Of a DNA stretch of 63,358 bases, positions 37,201 to 45,657 are shown one piece after another. Both the position numbers and the translations under genes were made by a program. Source of the DNA: a virus. Lineage: Duplodnaviria; Caudoviricetes. A model generated the notes under the pieces. That model was not told the origin of the DNA and did not search any database. It saw only the letters and a program-made list of their open reading frames with translations. How positions within the stretch are numbered: position 1 is the stretch's first letter; each line of letters begins with the position of its first letter. Location of the stretch: IMG/VR virus record IMGVR_UViG_3300044728_000197, positions 1 to 63,358 of that record; one strand, written 5' to 3'.

Positions 37201-37289
37201 GCCTGGCGCTGCGCCTTCGTCAGGCCGGCGGTGTATTGGGCGTAATCGAGCCCGAGCCCGACGGTGAGATTGCCGACGCCGCCTGCCAT
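34215..37289 (-). CDS. tape measure protein
   Basis: 1024 aa, Ala-rich helical; C-terminal FAGGG...VGENGPEL. Confidence 0.92.
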   Translation of the reverse strand: MAGGVGNLTVGLGLDYAQYTAGLTKAQRQAEQFSQRFKASFAGNFAAGFAQDFVRGLAAIPGQFVGIVKGAIDAADHLNDLSKRTGVAVETLGGIGFAASQAGSSLDGASDAIGKLNLTLAKAASGSKEASDALKALGVQAVDPLTGRTTEVDKALVQMANTFEKAAASPEKFRAAAGALGKQYKELVPLLEDGGQALLANIAYYQRFGGVTTDTAEKADKFNDELGKIRLLTESFGRSLAAELLTPLTGIAQAFLNAKEKGDGFRGVASGIKDALVGIASTASFVVNSLEAIGARLSGLIAKGEILGEAASKARERTRGFDIFGSSAVLDSSIGAQFAKVDEDTKARVASAQKSYDDFVKHITEGGATPAAPKKTARIPGIPDASQAAEAEAALKKILDGQLRQIRAFADQQKDALAFANEFLKGEYQDGLIALATFFGDQKNIRDAALRAQLQEQDKIIAAEEEFARRTTNKASQIDALNRVREAQEAKTRAIVRAGQEEQLVLQQNARDVKALADSFKGVNAQVLELQENFAAAAAARFDLQNFEQRRTFSANVNSPDPQVAANAAQALRNSDALRAATIAQAAFQKATLESSRTLQDLANQEDRIAIARQAGALTSIEALARVGDARRQQIAVLERQVAAEEALAAIEKARGTLGADDLVRRAERSRIALDQLKASADPLAESLNKVFGDDLNSALDDFVTGTKSASDAFKSFADSVLKDILRMGTKSLTEEIFGGSGGIGKALSDLFKNSGSSGGLVAAIKGAFGGSSGGDLGESGGMPTQSAIDELTKVFSSSGAKASETASIASTTGAMTGLTTAATAAATALSSLATQASASSLLPDTSKLLAPAPADDGIDAALNDYFRRYMDVAGEFTTATAAQTAAVTQTTDAFDGLGDETSLLGSLFSQLAQSDLFSSAVSGVADAAGEVDWADLLSSFAGFFAGGGQIMPGQWGVVGENGPELAFGGRTGQTIQPAGGGAAPVIHNNYVTVQGAPNQSRDSAIQQGAAIGLGIQQSMARNS

Positions 37290-37292
37290 GCC

Positions 37293-37607
37293 CTACCCCT
37301 TCTTGCCTTTGGGCGCGACCGCGCCCGCGAGGCGGGCGAAGTGATCAGCCGAACCCTCGTCCTGCTTCGCCTCGTTCTCGGCCGGGCGGAGCAGATAGGT
37401 CGCGAGATTCCCGCCCCGATGCATCTGGGCAACCTGCGCGAGGTAGAACTCCTGCCGCTTCTGCGGCAGGCCGTGCTTCTTCGCGTAAGCGGCCCAGCCG
37501 TCGAGATCCCGGTCGGTCATCGCGTCGAGCATCCGGGCCACGCTTGGCTGCCCGAGTGCCAGCGCGAGGTCCATCAGGAACTCGTCGTTTGGGCCGAGGC
37601 TTTTGGG
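37293..37607 (-). CDS. tail assembly chaperone, frameshifted C-terminal (T) segment
   Basis: -1 frame opened by the slippery site at 37601-37607. Confidence 0.75.
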   Translation of the reverse strand, partial: PKSLGPNDEFLMDLALALGQPSVARMLDAMTDRDLDGWAAYAKKHGLPQKRQEFYLAQVAQMHRGGNLATYLLRPAENEAKQDEGSADHFARLAGAVAPKGKKG

Positions 37608-37927
37608 CTCGCGCCCTCGGCGAGCGCCCGCGTGATCTGGATCCAGAAGTCCTGATGCTTCTGCGCCGTGATCACTTCGAGGTCCTGCGGGTCGAGCGGG
37701 TCGAGCAGTAGTTCCCCTTCGGAGTCGTAGATGCACCGGACGATGATTCGCGCCTCCGCGGTATCGTCGTCGTCGTCCGGGTTCTCCGCCCTGATCCGCA
37801 TCGCTTGGCGGAAGGGGAGGGCCCGGACGTAGACCTCGACGCCGCCGAGGACGATCTCGGTCCTGACGAGAGGCAAGGGCGTAGCCGCCCGCTCGCGGAG
37901 CGCCGCGCGCGCTGCTTCGTTGGCCAT
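37574..37927 (-). CDS. tail assembly chaperone (G)
   Basis: Between tail tube and tape measure genes, with slippery site. Confidence 0.8.
   Translation of the reverse strand: MANEAARAALRERAATPLPLVRTEIVLGGVEVYVRALPFRQAMRIRAENPDDDDDTAEARIIVRCIYDSEGELLLDPLDPQDLEVITAQKHQDFWIQITRALAEGASPKASAQTTSS
37601..37607 (-). other. -1 programmed ribosomal frameshift site C CCA AAA
   Basis: X XXY YYZ heptamer in the G frame, 8 codons before its stop; the -1 frame stays open to 37293. Confidence 0.8.
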
Positions 37928-37936
37928 GACGGCCTC

Positions 37937-38617
37937 TTAAGCCGCGATGCGGACGACCGGGCCCGACAGCTTGACCGACGCCGACGCCTTGTGCAGGTCC
38001 CCCACGGTCCCGGACAGGCTGGTGCTCTGGACCGAGCCGAACATGATCACGGTCCCGCCGGTGCCGGGGAACACGAGACGGAAGGCGACGCTGGTGCCGG
38101 CCTCCTCCGCAGCGTTGATCGCCAGCTGGACCGGCTGCTGCGGGGCGGCGTTGTAGTCGAGGGTCAGAGTGCCGGTGTCGGCCAGGCCCGTCTCGAATTC
38201 CTTCGCGGCCGAGCAGATCGTCGTCGCGTCGATCGTATCGGCGGTGCCGCCCTGCTGGTTGTAGCCGGTCAGCTCGCAGAAGTTCGTGTAGGTGACCTTC
38301 GAGACGGCGTTGTCGCTCGGGCTGCCCGCGCTGAAGGCGGCGTAGGTGCTCGTGTCGACGCTGCGGGTCGTGCCGTTGTAGAGCGTGAAGGTGTTCGCGG
38401 ACGGGACAGTCTTGACGACGTACTCGCCGGCGACCAGCTCAGGCATGCCGTCCTCGACGTCGAGGTAGACCGTGTCGCCGATGGCTAGGCCGTGGGTCGT
38501 GGCGGTGAAGACCGCCGGGTTCGCTGCCGTGATGGCGGTGATCTTCTTCGAGGTGGCGCGTGCCGTCTCGACTTGGAAAAGGGATCCGTTTACCTTGTAG
38601 CGCTTGCCGATCGACAT
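37937..38617 (-). CDS. major tail tube protein
   Basis: IDATTICSAAKEFETGLADTGTLTL; position in tail module. Confidence 0.85.
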   Translation of the reverse strand: MSIGKRYKVNGSLFQVETARATSKKITAITAANPAVFTATTHGLAIGDTVYLDVEDGMPELVAGEYVVKTVPSANTFTLYNGTTRSVDTSTYAAFSAGSPSDNAVSKVTYTNFCELTGYNQQGGTADTIDATTICSAAKEFETGLADTGTLTLDYNAAPQQPVQLAINAAEEAGTSVAFRLVFPGTGGTVIMFGSVQSTSLSGTVGDLHKASASVKLSGPVVRIAA

Positions 38618-38671
38618 GGTTCGTCCTTTCGAGACGGTCTCCCGCTTTCGGCGGGTGGTTGAGAAAACCTT

Positions 38672-39055
38672 TTAGGGGGCGCTGCTGGGCAGCAGCAGGT
38701 AGTCGAGCCGGGTCCTGTAGCCCTTCGACTCCGTGTCGTAGCTATCCTCGAAATTGTCGCAGAGGCAAGGCGTCGGCAGTGCTGCCATCGCTGCCTGAAT
38801 TGCGTGACGCAGTGCCGTGCGCTCCTTTGCGGTCGCGGTGATGCCGTCGATCTGGATCCGGAAGTCGGTCTCGTTGTCCTGGCCGTTGCCGCAGATCGTC
38901 GCGTCGGGGATGCCGGAGACGAGGGTCGTCCGGAGCGCCGGCCAGGGGCTGGGCTGGCCCGCCTGGGGGAAGACGTTGATGTAGTAGGCCCGCCCGTTGT
39001 CGGTGCTGGCCGCCAGCGGCGAGAGGGCCGCGAAGAGCTCGGTCTCGTAGGTCAT
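38672..39055 (-). CDS. tail terminator (DUF3168-like)
   Basis: RIQID motif; position. Confidence 0.75.
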   Translation of the reverse strand: MTYETELFAALSPLAASTDNGRAYYINVFPQAGQPSPWPALRTTLVSGIPDATICGNGQDNETDFRIQIDGITATAKERTALRHAIQAAMAALPTPCLCDNFEDSYDTESKGYRTRLDYLLLPSSAP

Positions 39056-39510
39056 GGCTTCCCGTCCTGCGCGCGCTGGATCGACTTGGCGAGCGACTTC
39101 TTCATCGCCTCGACCGCCTCCCCCTTGCCGGCATCGAGGGCCGGGCGGAGGAAGGGCTCGGCGGGCATGTGCACCGTGCCGAACTCGACCTTCGATGCGT
39201 GCGGCGCCGAGTCCTGGACGCGGCCGCTCTTGAGCTTCTTCCCGCGACCGCGCACCGTGACGATGTGCTCCGACGTGTCCGGCGGCGTCTGCTGCTTCGG
39301 CAGTCGCTTAACAATGACGGACTTCGAGAGCGCGCCAGTCTCGACCGACGGGCTGCTCTTGATGTTCCTGATTGCCCGCCGCTTGATCGGCGTCGCCGCG
39401 GCGCCGGTGGCCGATCGGCCGGCGCGGATCTGCATGTCGTGGCTGATCCTGCGAAAGGCCTCGCCGAGCTCCTTCAGCCCCTCGACTTTGAAGAGAACCG
39501 CGTCAGCCAT
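39052..39510 (-). CDS. HK97 gp10-like tail completion protein
   Basis: VEGLKEL...TGALSKS...VEFGTVHMPAEPFLRPALD. Confidence 0.88.
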   Translation of the reverse strand: MADAVLFKVEGLKELGEAFRRISHDMQIRAGRSATGAAATPIKRRAIRNIKSSPSVETGALSKSVIVKRLPKQQTPPDTSEHIVTVRGRGKKLKSGRVQDSAPHASKVEFGTVHMPAEPFLRPALDAGKGEAVEAMKKSLAKSIQRAQDGKP

Positions 39511-39512
39511 CG

Positions 39513-39872
39513 CTATCCTCGGTTCAGGCCGGTCGTCGCGTAGAGCGCCGACAGCCGCCCTTCGAGCTGGTTGTGCACGATCGCCTCGACATTGAAGATC
39601 TGCGCGTTCCAGCGGATGCGGTGCGTCGCGCCGATCGCGAAGCGCGAGATCACGTCCGAGCGGATCCAGAAGGTCAGCTGCTGCCCGAGCACGATCCCGT
39701 CCTGCCCTGGGCGCTCGGCCGAGACCTTCTTCGAGTCGACCGCTGCGGGCGTGGTGACGATGTAGACCCAGGTCGGGATGACGTCGCCGATGTCGTCCCG
39801 CGTCTCGACCTTGCGATCGATGGCGATCCGCTGGCTGAGCCGGCGTGCGTCGACGTTTTCTCGGATGCTCAT
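39513..39872 (-). CDS. head closure protein (SPP1 gp16-like)
   Basis: LSQRIAI...HRIRWNAQIFNVEAI. Confidence 0.8.
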   Translation of the reverse strand: MSIRENVDARRLSQRIAIDRKVETRDDIGDVIPTWVYIVTTPAAVDSKKVSAERPGQDGIVLGQQLTFWIRSDVISRFAIGATHRIRWNAQIFNVEAIVHNQLEGRLSALYATTGLNRG

Positions 39873-39873
39873 C

Positions 39874-40524
39874 TCAGACGACTACGAAGGAGGTGTAGGG
39901 CACGAGCAGTTCGGACTGCGCCTTCTCGAGCATCTCGCGCTGGCGCGGGTCGAGCGCCTCGTACTGCAACTCGACGCCGAGCAGGATCGCCGACTTGATC
40001 GGCTCCGGGACGTTCGAGACGAAGTCGTCCTCCGGGGATCCCTCCGGCTGGTAGCCGGCCCAGAAATCGACGCGGAGGGCATCGGCGCGCGGATAGACGC
40101 TCGGCACGATGTAGCCGGTCGAGAAGAAGAGCTGCGCCGGGTCGTCCTCCGTGACCCAGTAGTCGTCCGGATCGACGATGACCAGAACCCCCTCTGCGTC
40201 GTAGTAGCTCGCCTGCACGACCGACAGGAGCGGCGGCCTCGGCAGCTCGATCCCGCGCGGCTGGCCACCCCACCACGATCGATAGGCGGTCGGCCAGGGC
40301 CAGCAGTGGTCGGTCGGGCCGAGGACGGCGCGGAGCTTCTGCTTCACGAAGGCCCGGCGCGTCTTGTTCTCGACGTCGACGCGGGCGCTCTTGATCTGGC
40401 GCTCAAGCATCGCGTCGTCCGGATGGGTGCGCGGGCTGTCCTCAGGCGTCAGCCGGAGATGGTCGTAGCACTGCTGGAGCGTCACGGGCTCGACGCTGGG
40501 CGGGGTCAGGGTGATCACGTTCAT
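39874..40524 (-). CDS. head-tail connector (gp6-like)
   Basis: PPSVEPVTL...HLRL...AGY...VPEPIKSAILL. Confidence 0.85.
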   Translation of the reverse strand: MNVITLTPPSVEPVTLQQCYDHLRLTPEDSPRTHPDDAMLERQIKSARVDVENKTRRAFVKQKLRAVLGPTDHCWPWPTAYRSWWGGQPRGIELPRPPLLSVVQASYYDAEGVLVIVDPDDYWVTEDDPAQLFFSTGYIVPSVYPRADALRVDFWAGYQPEGSPEDDFVSNVPEPIKSAILLGVELQYEALDPRQREMLEKAQSELLVPYTSFVVV

Positions 40525-41210
40525 CGGAGAGCCTCGGTAAGCCAGATGTCGTCGTGCTCCGCCGCCGCCCATCCTGGCAGCCAGGGGCCGCCGCCGGTGA
40601 AGTGAGCGATGGCAGGATTGTCAGGGCGCGGCTGCTCGCCGACCAGCCAGTTCCAGCGGGGCGGGAGCGTGCCTATCTCACAGTCGTTGAGCCAATAGAA
40701 GGCATGCAGATCCCGGCCGGGCCGGTGGTTGACGTCGTCGAGCGTCAGCCTGCGGTTCGCCGGGTGGTCGCAATTCCAGAGGCAGACGCTGCTCCAGTTC
40801 TTTCGCGAGTAGCGCGTCTGCACCTGGTCGACCATCTTGGTCTCGGCGCTCGGCTGGTGCTGGTGCTTCACGACGAGGACTGCGTACTTCGGGTCGGCGA
40901 TCGCGAGCAGCTTCGCGACGTCTTCGAGGAAGACGACGTCGCAGTCGACGAAGAGCGCCCAGCCATGCAGCGCAAGCATCGGGACCAGGAAGCGCGAGAT
41001 CGCAAACTGGGTTGATGCGGGCGCCTGGCTCGGCAGGTCGTAGAGCCCGCCGCGGGCATCGGTCGGACGGCGCAGGAGCCCCGCCGCGGCGAGCCGGTCT
41101 AGGTGCAGGCTCGTGACTGAGATCGGGATCGAGGCCCGGCGCTTGAGCGACGCGGCGGCGACGACGCCGGCGGCCTTCTCCTGCGGGTCCTCGCCGATGA
41201 AGCACTTCAC
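40521..41210 (-). CDS. GT-A fold (GT8-like) glycosyltransferase
   Basis: GTG start; STQFAISRFLVP...ALFVDCD (DxD)...RKNWSSV...WNWLVG...HFTGGGPW. Confidence 0.85.
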   Translation of the reverse strand: MKCFIGEDPQEKAAGVVAAASLKRRASIPISVTSLHLDRLAAAGLLRRPTDARGGLYDLPSQAPASTQFAISRFLVPMLALHGWALFVDCDVVFLEDVAKLLAIADPKYAVLVVKHQHQPSAETKMVDQVQTRYSRKNWSSVCLWNCDHPANRRLTLDDVNHRPGRDLHAFYWLNDCEIGTLPPRWNWLVGEQPRPDNPAIAHFTGGGPWLPGWAAAEHDDIWLTEALR

Positions 41211-41716
41211 GCCGCAGCCTTCTCGGCGACGATCCGCATGTCGCGCCACTGCCGCCCGACCGGATGGAACATCGTCCGCTCCTCGCCCGTCTTGTCGAAG
41301 CCGTTCGCCTCGAGCAGCGCGCGCAGGGTCTGCGGCGTCCAGCCCCAGCGGTGCGTCATGAACGGGTCCTCGTCGCGCGGGTCGCCATAGAGGCCCCACA
41401 TGCCGAGCTGGCCTGGGAACTTCTCCCCCTCTCGCCCCTTCAGGACGTTCGCGCAGCACTTGGCGAGGTCGGGCAGCTCCAGGACCAGCCGGCCGCGCGG
41501 CTTGAGGAGCCGGCGCCATTCGGCGAGGACCTTCTCGCACTCCCAGCGGTAGAAGTGCTCGAAGAGATGGATCGCCATGATCTCCTCGCACGACTCGTCG
41601 GCGAGCGGGATCTTCCAGGCCGGGGCGACGATGTCGGCGCCCGAGCGCTTGACGGCATCGACGCCGGTGTATCCCTCGATCCGGCGCGCGCCGCATCCGA
41701 TGTTGAGGCGAGTCAT
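41207..41716 (-). CDS. class I SAM-dependent methyltransferase
   Basis: RLNIGCG...VD...HLFEH...RLLKPRG. Confidence 0.85.
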   Translation of the reverse strand: MTRLNIGCGARRIEGYTGVDAVKRSGADIVAPAWKIPLADESCEEIMAIHLFEHFYRWECEKVLAEWRRLLKPRGRLVLELPDLAKCCANVLKGREGEKFPGQLGMWGLYGDPRDEDPFMTHRWGWTPQTLRALLEANGFDKTGEERTMFHPVGRQWRDMRIVAEKAAA

Positions 41717-41919
41717 CGCGCACTGTCCTCCCAGCGCTGCGCGAAGATCGCGGCGTCTTCGCAGGCTTCGTCCGCAAGTTCGTGCCGGCCCATCGATGCG
41801 ATCGGGTCCGTCGAACCCGATGGCAGCGAGTCATGCCGTCGCACCAGATCCCTGAAGAGTTGCGCAGCGAGCCGCTTCTCTTCTTCCTCGGCGAAGAGTC
41901 GTCCGTCTTTCTTGGCCAT
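41713..41919 (-). CDS. hypothetical protein
   Basis: Coupled ORF. Confidence 0.5.
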   Translation of the reverse strand: MAKKDGRLFAEEEEKRLAAQLFRDLVRRHDSLPSGSTDPIASMGRHELADEACEDAAIFAQRWEDSAR

Positions 41920-42587
41920 CAGACATTCCTCCGGTAGACCGTCGTCGGGCGCTGGTCCGGCCCATCATCGGCGGCGTAGTAGTAGAGCGCCAGGGAGCGG
42001 CGCGCCCGACCGGCCGGGCAGCGCAGCGGCTCCGGATGGCCGTGCCAGCTGTCGGCCGTCGTTCGGAAGAGGACGGCGCGGCCGGCGCGCGGCTGGATCG
42101 CCCTAACCTCGTCGCCGTGGAGCTCGAGCGCGCCGCCCCATTCCCGCCGCCAATCCTCATTCAGGTAGATCAGGAGGTTCGCGACGCGGCGCAGGCCGGA
42201 GGGATGGCGTTCGAAGTCGATATGGACGCCCAGCATCCCGCCGGCGTGGATCTCGTGCAGGCCGCCGCCGAGCCGCGGCACGTCGGGGCCGTACTCGAAC
42301 CACGGGTCGGGCAGGAGCGGCAAGCCGACCAGGGCCGAAAGCGCGTCGCAGATCCAGGGCGAATAAAGCACGACCGCAATGCCGTGAGCCTCCGCCGGCA
42401 GCATCTGAGGGAAGAGCATCGACGCCTTCCGCGCGACGGTGGCGCCGCCCTCGACGCGCCAGCGCGGGTCGTCTGCGGCAGGCCATGCCGCATTGATCCG
42501 CCGCACGTCCTCGGAGCCGAGGAAGCTGTCGCCGACCCAGTGCGGGAAGGGCGCGGCGCGGCGCTGCAGGCAGGCGAGATCGATCAT
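41919..42587 (-). CDS. 2OG-Fe(II) oxygenase (prolyl-hydroxylase-like)
   Basis: HID...LIYLN..W...GGALEL...SWHGHP...RRSLALYYY (HxD...H...R). Confidence 0.9.
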   Translation of the reverse strand: MIDLACLQRRAAPFPHWVGDSFLGSEDVRRINAAWPAADDPRWRVEGGATVARKASMLFPQMLPAEAHGIAVVLYSPWICDALSALVGLPLLPDPWFEYGPDVPRLGGGLHEIHAGGMLGVHIDFERHPSGLRRVANLLIYLNEDWRREWGGALELHGDEVRAIQPRAGRAVLFRTTADSWHGHPEPLRCPAGRARRSLALYYYAADDGPDQRPTTVYRRNV

Positions 42588-43372
42588 GCTGCGGTCATCT
42601 CCTCCATGAACCGCCAAGCCTCGGTCGCCTCGTGCTCGCCCCAATTCCACCAGGCCAGCCGATCGAGGAAGAGGTGCCGCTGCGCCTCGCTCGGGCTCGG
42701 GTTGCCGTCGTAGAGCGCGAATGCCGCCCCGTCCTCGCACTCGACCGGAACGCCGGCGATGCAGGCGTCGATCGCGACGTTGGAATGCCGGCAGACGACG
42801 AGCGAGCAGCCCCGGAGGGCGTCCTCGATGGATCCCGTCGAGATCAGCTTCGTCCCGTTGATCGGCCGCGCGCCGTTGCCCGGCTTCGGCCGATAGATGA
42901 TCGTCCGGCCGGGATGCTGGATCGCCAACTCCTCGGCCTTCTGCCGCTCCCAGGAATGCCCCGGCAGACGGAGGTGGATGTGCGACTTCGGCCCCATGCC
43001 GCAGAGCAGGATCGGCCCCGCCGGATCGAACGACTCGTACCGCGCGAGGTCGGGGCGCGCGCGCGGCGGGCGCCCGTCGCAGGAGGCGAGCTGCTCTGCC
43101 GTCGGGTGGTTGCGGTCGATCGAGAGCCGCATCGAGGCGTCCCGATTCCAGTAGCCCAGGTCCCACATCGCCACCCTGCCGCCCGCCTTCAGGTGCTGGC
43201 GCGCCGCCTTGCCTCGCGCCGGCTTGCCGATGCCGTAGAGGACGAGGAGGCGGTTCTTGCCCAGGTAGAACGAGGAGGTCTTCGCCTTCGGGTTCGCCTT
43301 CTCCAGCGCGCGCATCCAGCGCGCGGCGCGGCTGATGAAGGGCGGGTCGATCAGGATCTCCGCGCCGCGCAT
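42584..43372 (-). CDS. KpsS/Capsule_synth-like GT-B protein
   Basis: DLGYW...YRPKP...SNVAIDACIAGVPV. Confidence 0.65.
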   Translation of the reverse strand: MRGAEILIDPPFISRAARWMRALEKANPKAKTSSFYLGKNRLLVLYGIGKPARGKAARQHLKAGGRVAMWDLGYWNRDASMRLSIDRNHPTAEQLASCDGRPPRARPDLARYESFDPAGPILLCGMGPKSHIHLRLPGHSWERQKAEELAIQHPGRTIIYRPKPGNGARPINGTKLISTGSIEDALRGCSLVVCRHSNVAIDACIAGVPVECEDGAAFALYDGNPSPSEAQRHLFLDRLAWWNWGEHEATEAWRFMEEMTAA

Positions 43373-44208
43373 GCCGCCTCCAGGAACGCCCGGTATTGCT
43401 TGGCGACGGCCGCGATCTTGATCCGCTCGGCATAGAGCCCGTCCGAGTAGGCCTGCCGCGTTTCACGTGGAGCCAGATGGTCGAGCGCGTCGCCCAGGTC
43501 GGCCTCGCTCTCGGCCCAGAGCGGAAAGGTCGCGCCGGCCGTCTCGAGGTAGCCCGCCTCGCGGACGCAGATCGCCGGCGTGCCGGTCGCCTGGGCGTTG
43601 GCGAGCTTCACGTTGCTCTTCCAGTTCCGCGCTGCGTATCCGTCCGCCTCGCGCAGAGCGACGACGACATCGGCATCGTTCAGGCTCGGCGGGTTCAGGA
43701 GCAGATCGATCCCGCGCGCGCGGCAGGCGCGGAGCAGGCGGTCCTGCCAGGCGCCGAGGTAAGCGACGCCGCCCTCGTAGGCGACGACGCGCAGCGCGTC
43801 CCGGATCTCGGTTCGCTGCGCGCCGGGGCGGCCGTGATGCGGGATTGCCTGCACCGGGACCTTCGAGACCTCGGCGACGTCGGCCGCCATCTGCTGCGTG
43901 GCTGCGATGATGGCGCGCGGGCGCATCCTCCGGATCTGGTCGCGCAGCCAGGCGAGGCATTCGGCGCGGTCCCAGCGATTCCCCTCCGGCTGCGGCCAGG
44001 CGTCGACGACATCCCAGACGAGCGCCGCGCCGCCGGCGTGGATTCGAGCGACCAGATCGCCCCGCCCGCGCTTGACGAGGACCGCGACGTCGTAGCAGGC
44101 GACGTCGCGCGCCATCGGAATCGCGTCGGCGCCGATCGCGCGGCCGAGTTGCTCGCCCCTGATCTTCCAGGAGCCAGAGGTGCCGCGGCCGGTGAGGAGG
44201 ACGTTCAT
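43351..44208 (-). CDS. GT-B fold glycosyltransferase
   Basis: GSWKIRGEQLG...WDVVD...KSNVKLANAQATGTPAI. Confidence 0.7.
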   Translation of the reverse strand: MNVLLTGRGTSGSWKIRGEQLGRAIGADAIPMARDVACYDVAVLVKRGRGDLVARIHAGGAALVWDVVDAWPQPEGNRWDRAECLAWLRDQIRRMRPRAIIAATQQMAADVAEVSKVPVQAIPHHGRPGAQRTEIRDALRVVAYEGGVAYLGAWQDRLLRACRARGIDLLLNPPSLNDADVVVALREADGYAARNWKSNVKLANAQATGTPAICVREAGYLETAGATFPLWAESEADLGDALDHLAPRETRQAYSDGLYAERIKIAAVAKQYRAFLEAACAARRS

Positions 44209-44296
44209 GCGATCCCCTCCAGGACCTTCCGCCACCCGTACCAGACGAGAAGCACCACGAAGGCCGAGAGGGGGAGCCACGCGAGGCGAGCGGCGC

Positions 44297-45049
44297 TCAT
44301 GCCAGCACGCTCCGGATCGCCTCGCCGGAGGCGATCTCCTCCGGCCGCCAGATCGCCCAGGCGATGCGGCGGAAGACCGCCAAGCGCAGCCCGTCGTGGC
44401 GCGCTGCCGGCTGGCCCCATTCGCTGAGCGGCCGCGCCGCCTCCCGGCCGACCCATTGCGGGAAGCCGTACCAGGCCGGCACGCCATGAAGGAGCGAGAG
44501 CAGGGCCGCTGCCGAGTGCCAGGTCAGCACCTGCCCCATGCCGGCGAGGTCCTCCTCGAGCGGGCAGGTCGGCTCCTCGGCCGGGTGGGGGCGGATCCTG
44601 CCGCCGAACCGGCTGCGCGCGCTCTCGGCCCAGCGGTCAGGCGCCCGGACGTTCGGATGCCCGTAGCCACGCTGCGCGAAGATCAGGGAGGGGCCCGGCT
44701 CGGTCCGCCACTCGGCGAGATCGACGCCCCATCCGTCCCAGCGGCTGCGCCCATGATTCGCCCAGGATCCCGCCCCGGCGTGCTGCCCGATGCCGAGCGA
44801 GAGCCAGGTCTGGCCCTGCCAGTTCTTGCCGAGGTAGCCGTTCTCCGCGACCAGGACGCGGGCGCCGTGGCTCTCGAAGTGGCGCCCCTGCTCGTCGCCC
44901 GCCGTGTAGCGGTTCCAGATGACGAGGAGGTCGTCCCGCTTGGGCTTCGCGATGCTCTGGACGACCTCGTAGCCCGCTGCAACGAGGCCGGCGTCGAAGT
45001 CCTGCCGCTTCCAGCCTGGCGTCGGCCGGAGCGCGTTCACTGCTCGCAC
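44297..45049 (-). CDS. KpsS/Capsule_synth-like GT-B protein (second copy; start 45049 or 45040)
   Basis: ENGYL...IRPHP...TWHSAAALLSLLHGVP...WRPEEIASG. Confidence 0.65.
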   Translation of the reverse strand: MRAVNALRPTPGWKRQDFDAGLVAAGYEVVQSIAKPKRDDLLVIWNRYTAGDEQGRHFESHGARVLVAENGYLGKNWQGQTWLSLGIGQHAGAGSWANHGRSRWDGWGVDLAEWRTEPGPSLIFAQRGYGHPNVRAPDRWAESARSRFGGRIRPHPAEEPTCPLEEDLAGMGQVLTWHSAAALLSLLHGVPAWYGFPQWVGREAARPLSEWGQPAARHDGLRLAVFRRIAWAIWRPEEIASGEAIRSVLA

Positions 45050-45657
45050 AGCGCCTCCTCGGGCGTCTGCTTGCGGAAGCAGTCGAGCGCGCTTGTCGGC
45101 GAGCAGTTGACGACGTCGATCCGGCGCGCCAGGAGCAGGGGGGCGAGCTCGCGGAATCGCTCGATCCACTTCGCGAACTGGTCCGGGTGCGTATTCCTGA
45201 GCGGCGCCGGGTATTCGCCGTGCCAGTGCGTCCCGCCCATGTCGAAGCCGAAAAGGAGGATCTTGGCTGCTCCCGCATGAACCGCGATCGAGAGCGCCTG
45301 GTAGCCGGAGTTGCCTCCTGTTCGAAGTCTCGAAGGGTCCGGGTCGAATCCGTTGTGCCGGTCCTCTCCTCGAGCCTCGGTGCGCCGGCTGATCGCCAGC
45401 TCGAGGACGCCCGGATAGGAGCACATCCCTACCTTCATGCCCGGAAGATCGAAGGCCCAGCGGTTGATCCGCCAGAAGTCCTCGTCGGCCGCATAGATCA
45501 TGTCCGCCCAGGGGGCCAGAGGGGCGGCGCTGGTGACGGCGATCGTCGGCAGCCCGCGAGCCTGGACGAGATCGGCCGTCGCCTTCTTCAGCGATGGGCC
45601 CGGGGCCAGGATCGCGACCGTCTTCCCGGGCCAGAGGCGCGGGATCGTCCAACTCAC
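45037..45657 (-). CDS. DUF115/Maf-like (sialyltransferase-type fold) protein
   Basis: GTG start; AILAPGPSL...AV...D...GGNSGYQAL..A...GA.KILLFGFDM. Confidence 0.7.
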   Translation of the reverse strand: MSWTIPRLWPGKTVAILAPGPSLKKATADLVQARGLPTIAVTSAAPLAPWADMIYAADEDFWRINRWAFDLPGMKVGMCSYPGVLELAISRRTEARGEDRHNGFDPDPSRLRTGGNSGYQALSIAVHAGAAKILLFGFDMGGTHWHGEYPAPLRNTHPDQFAKWIERFRELAPLLLARRIDVVNCSPTSALDCFRKQTPEEALCEQ

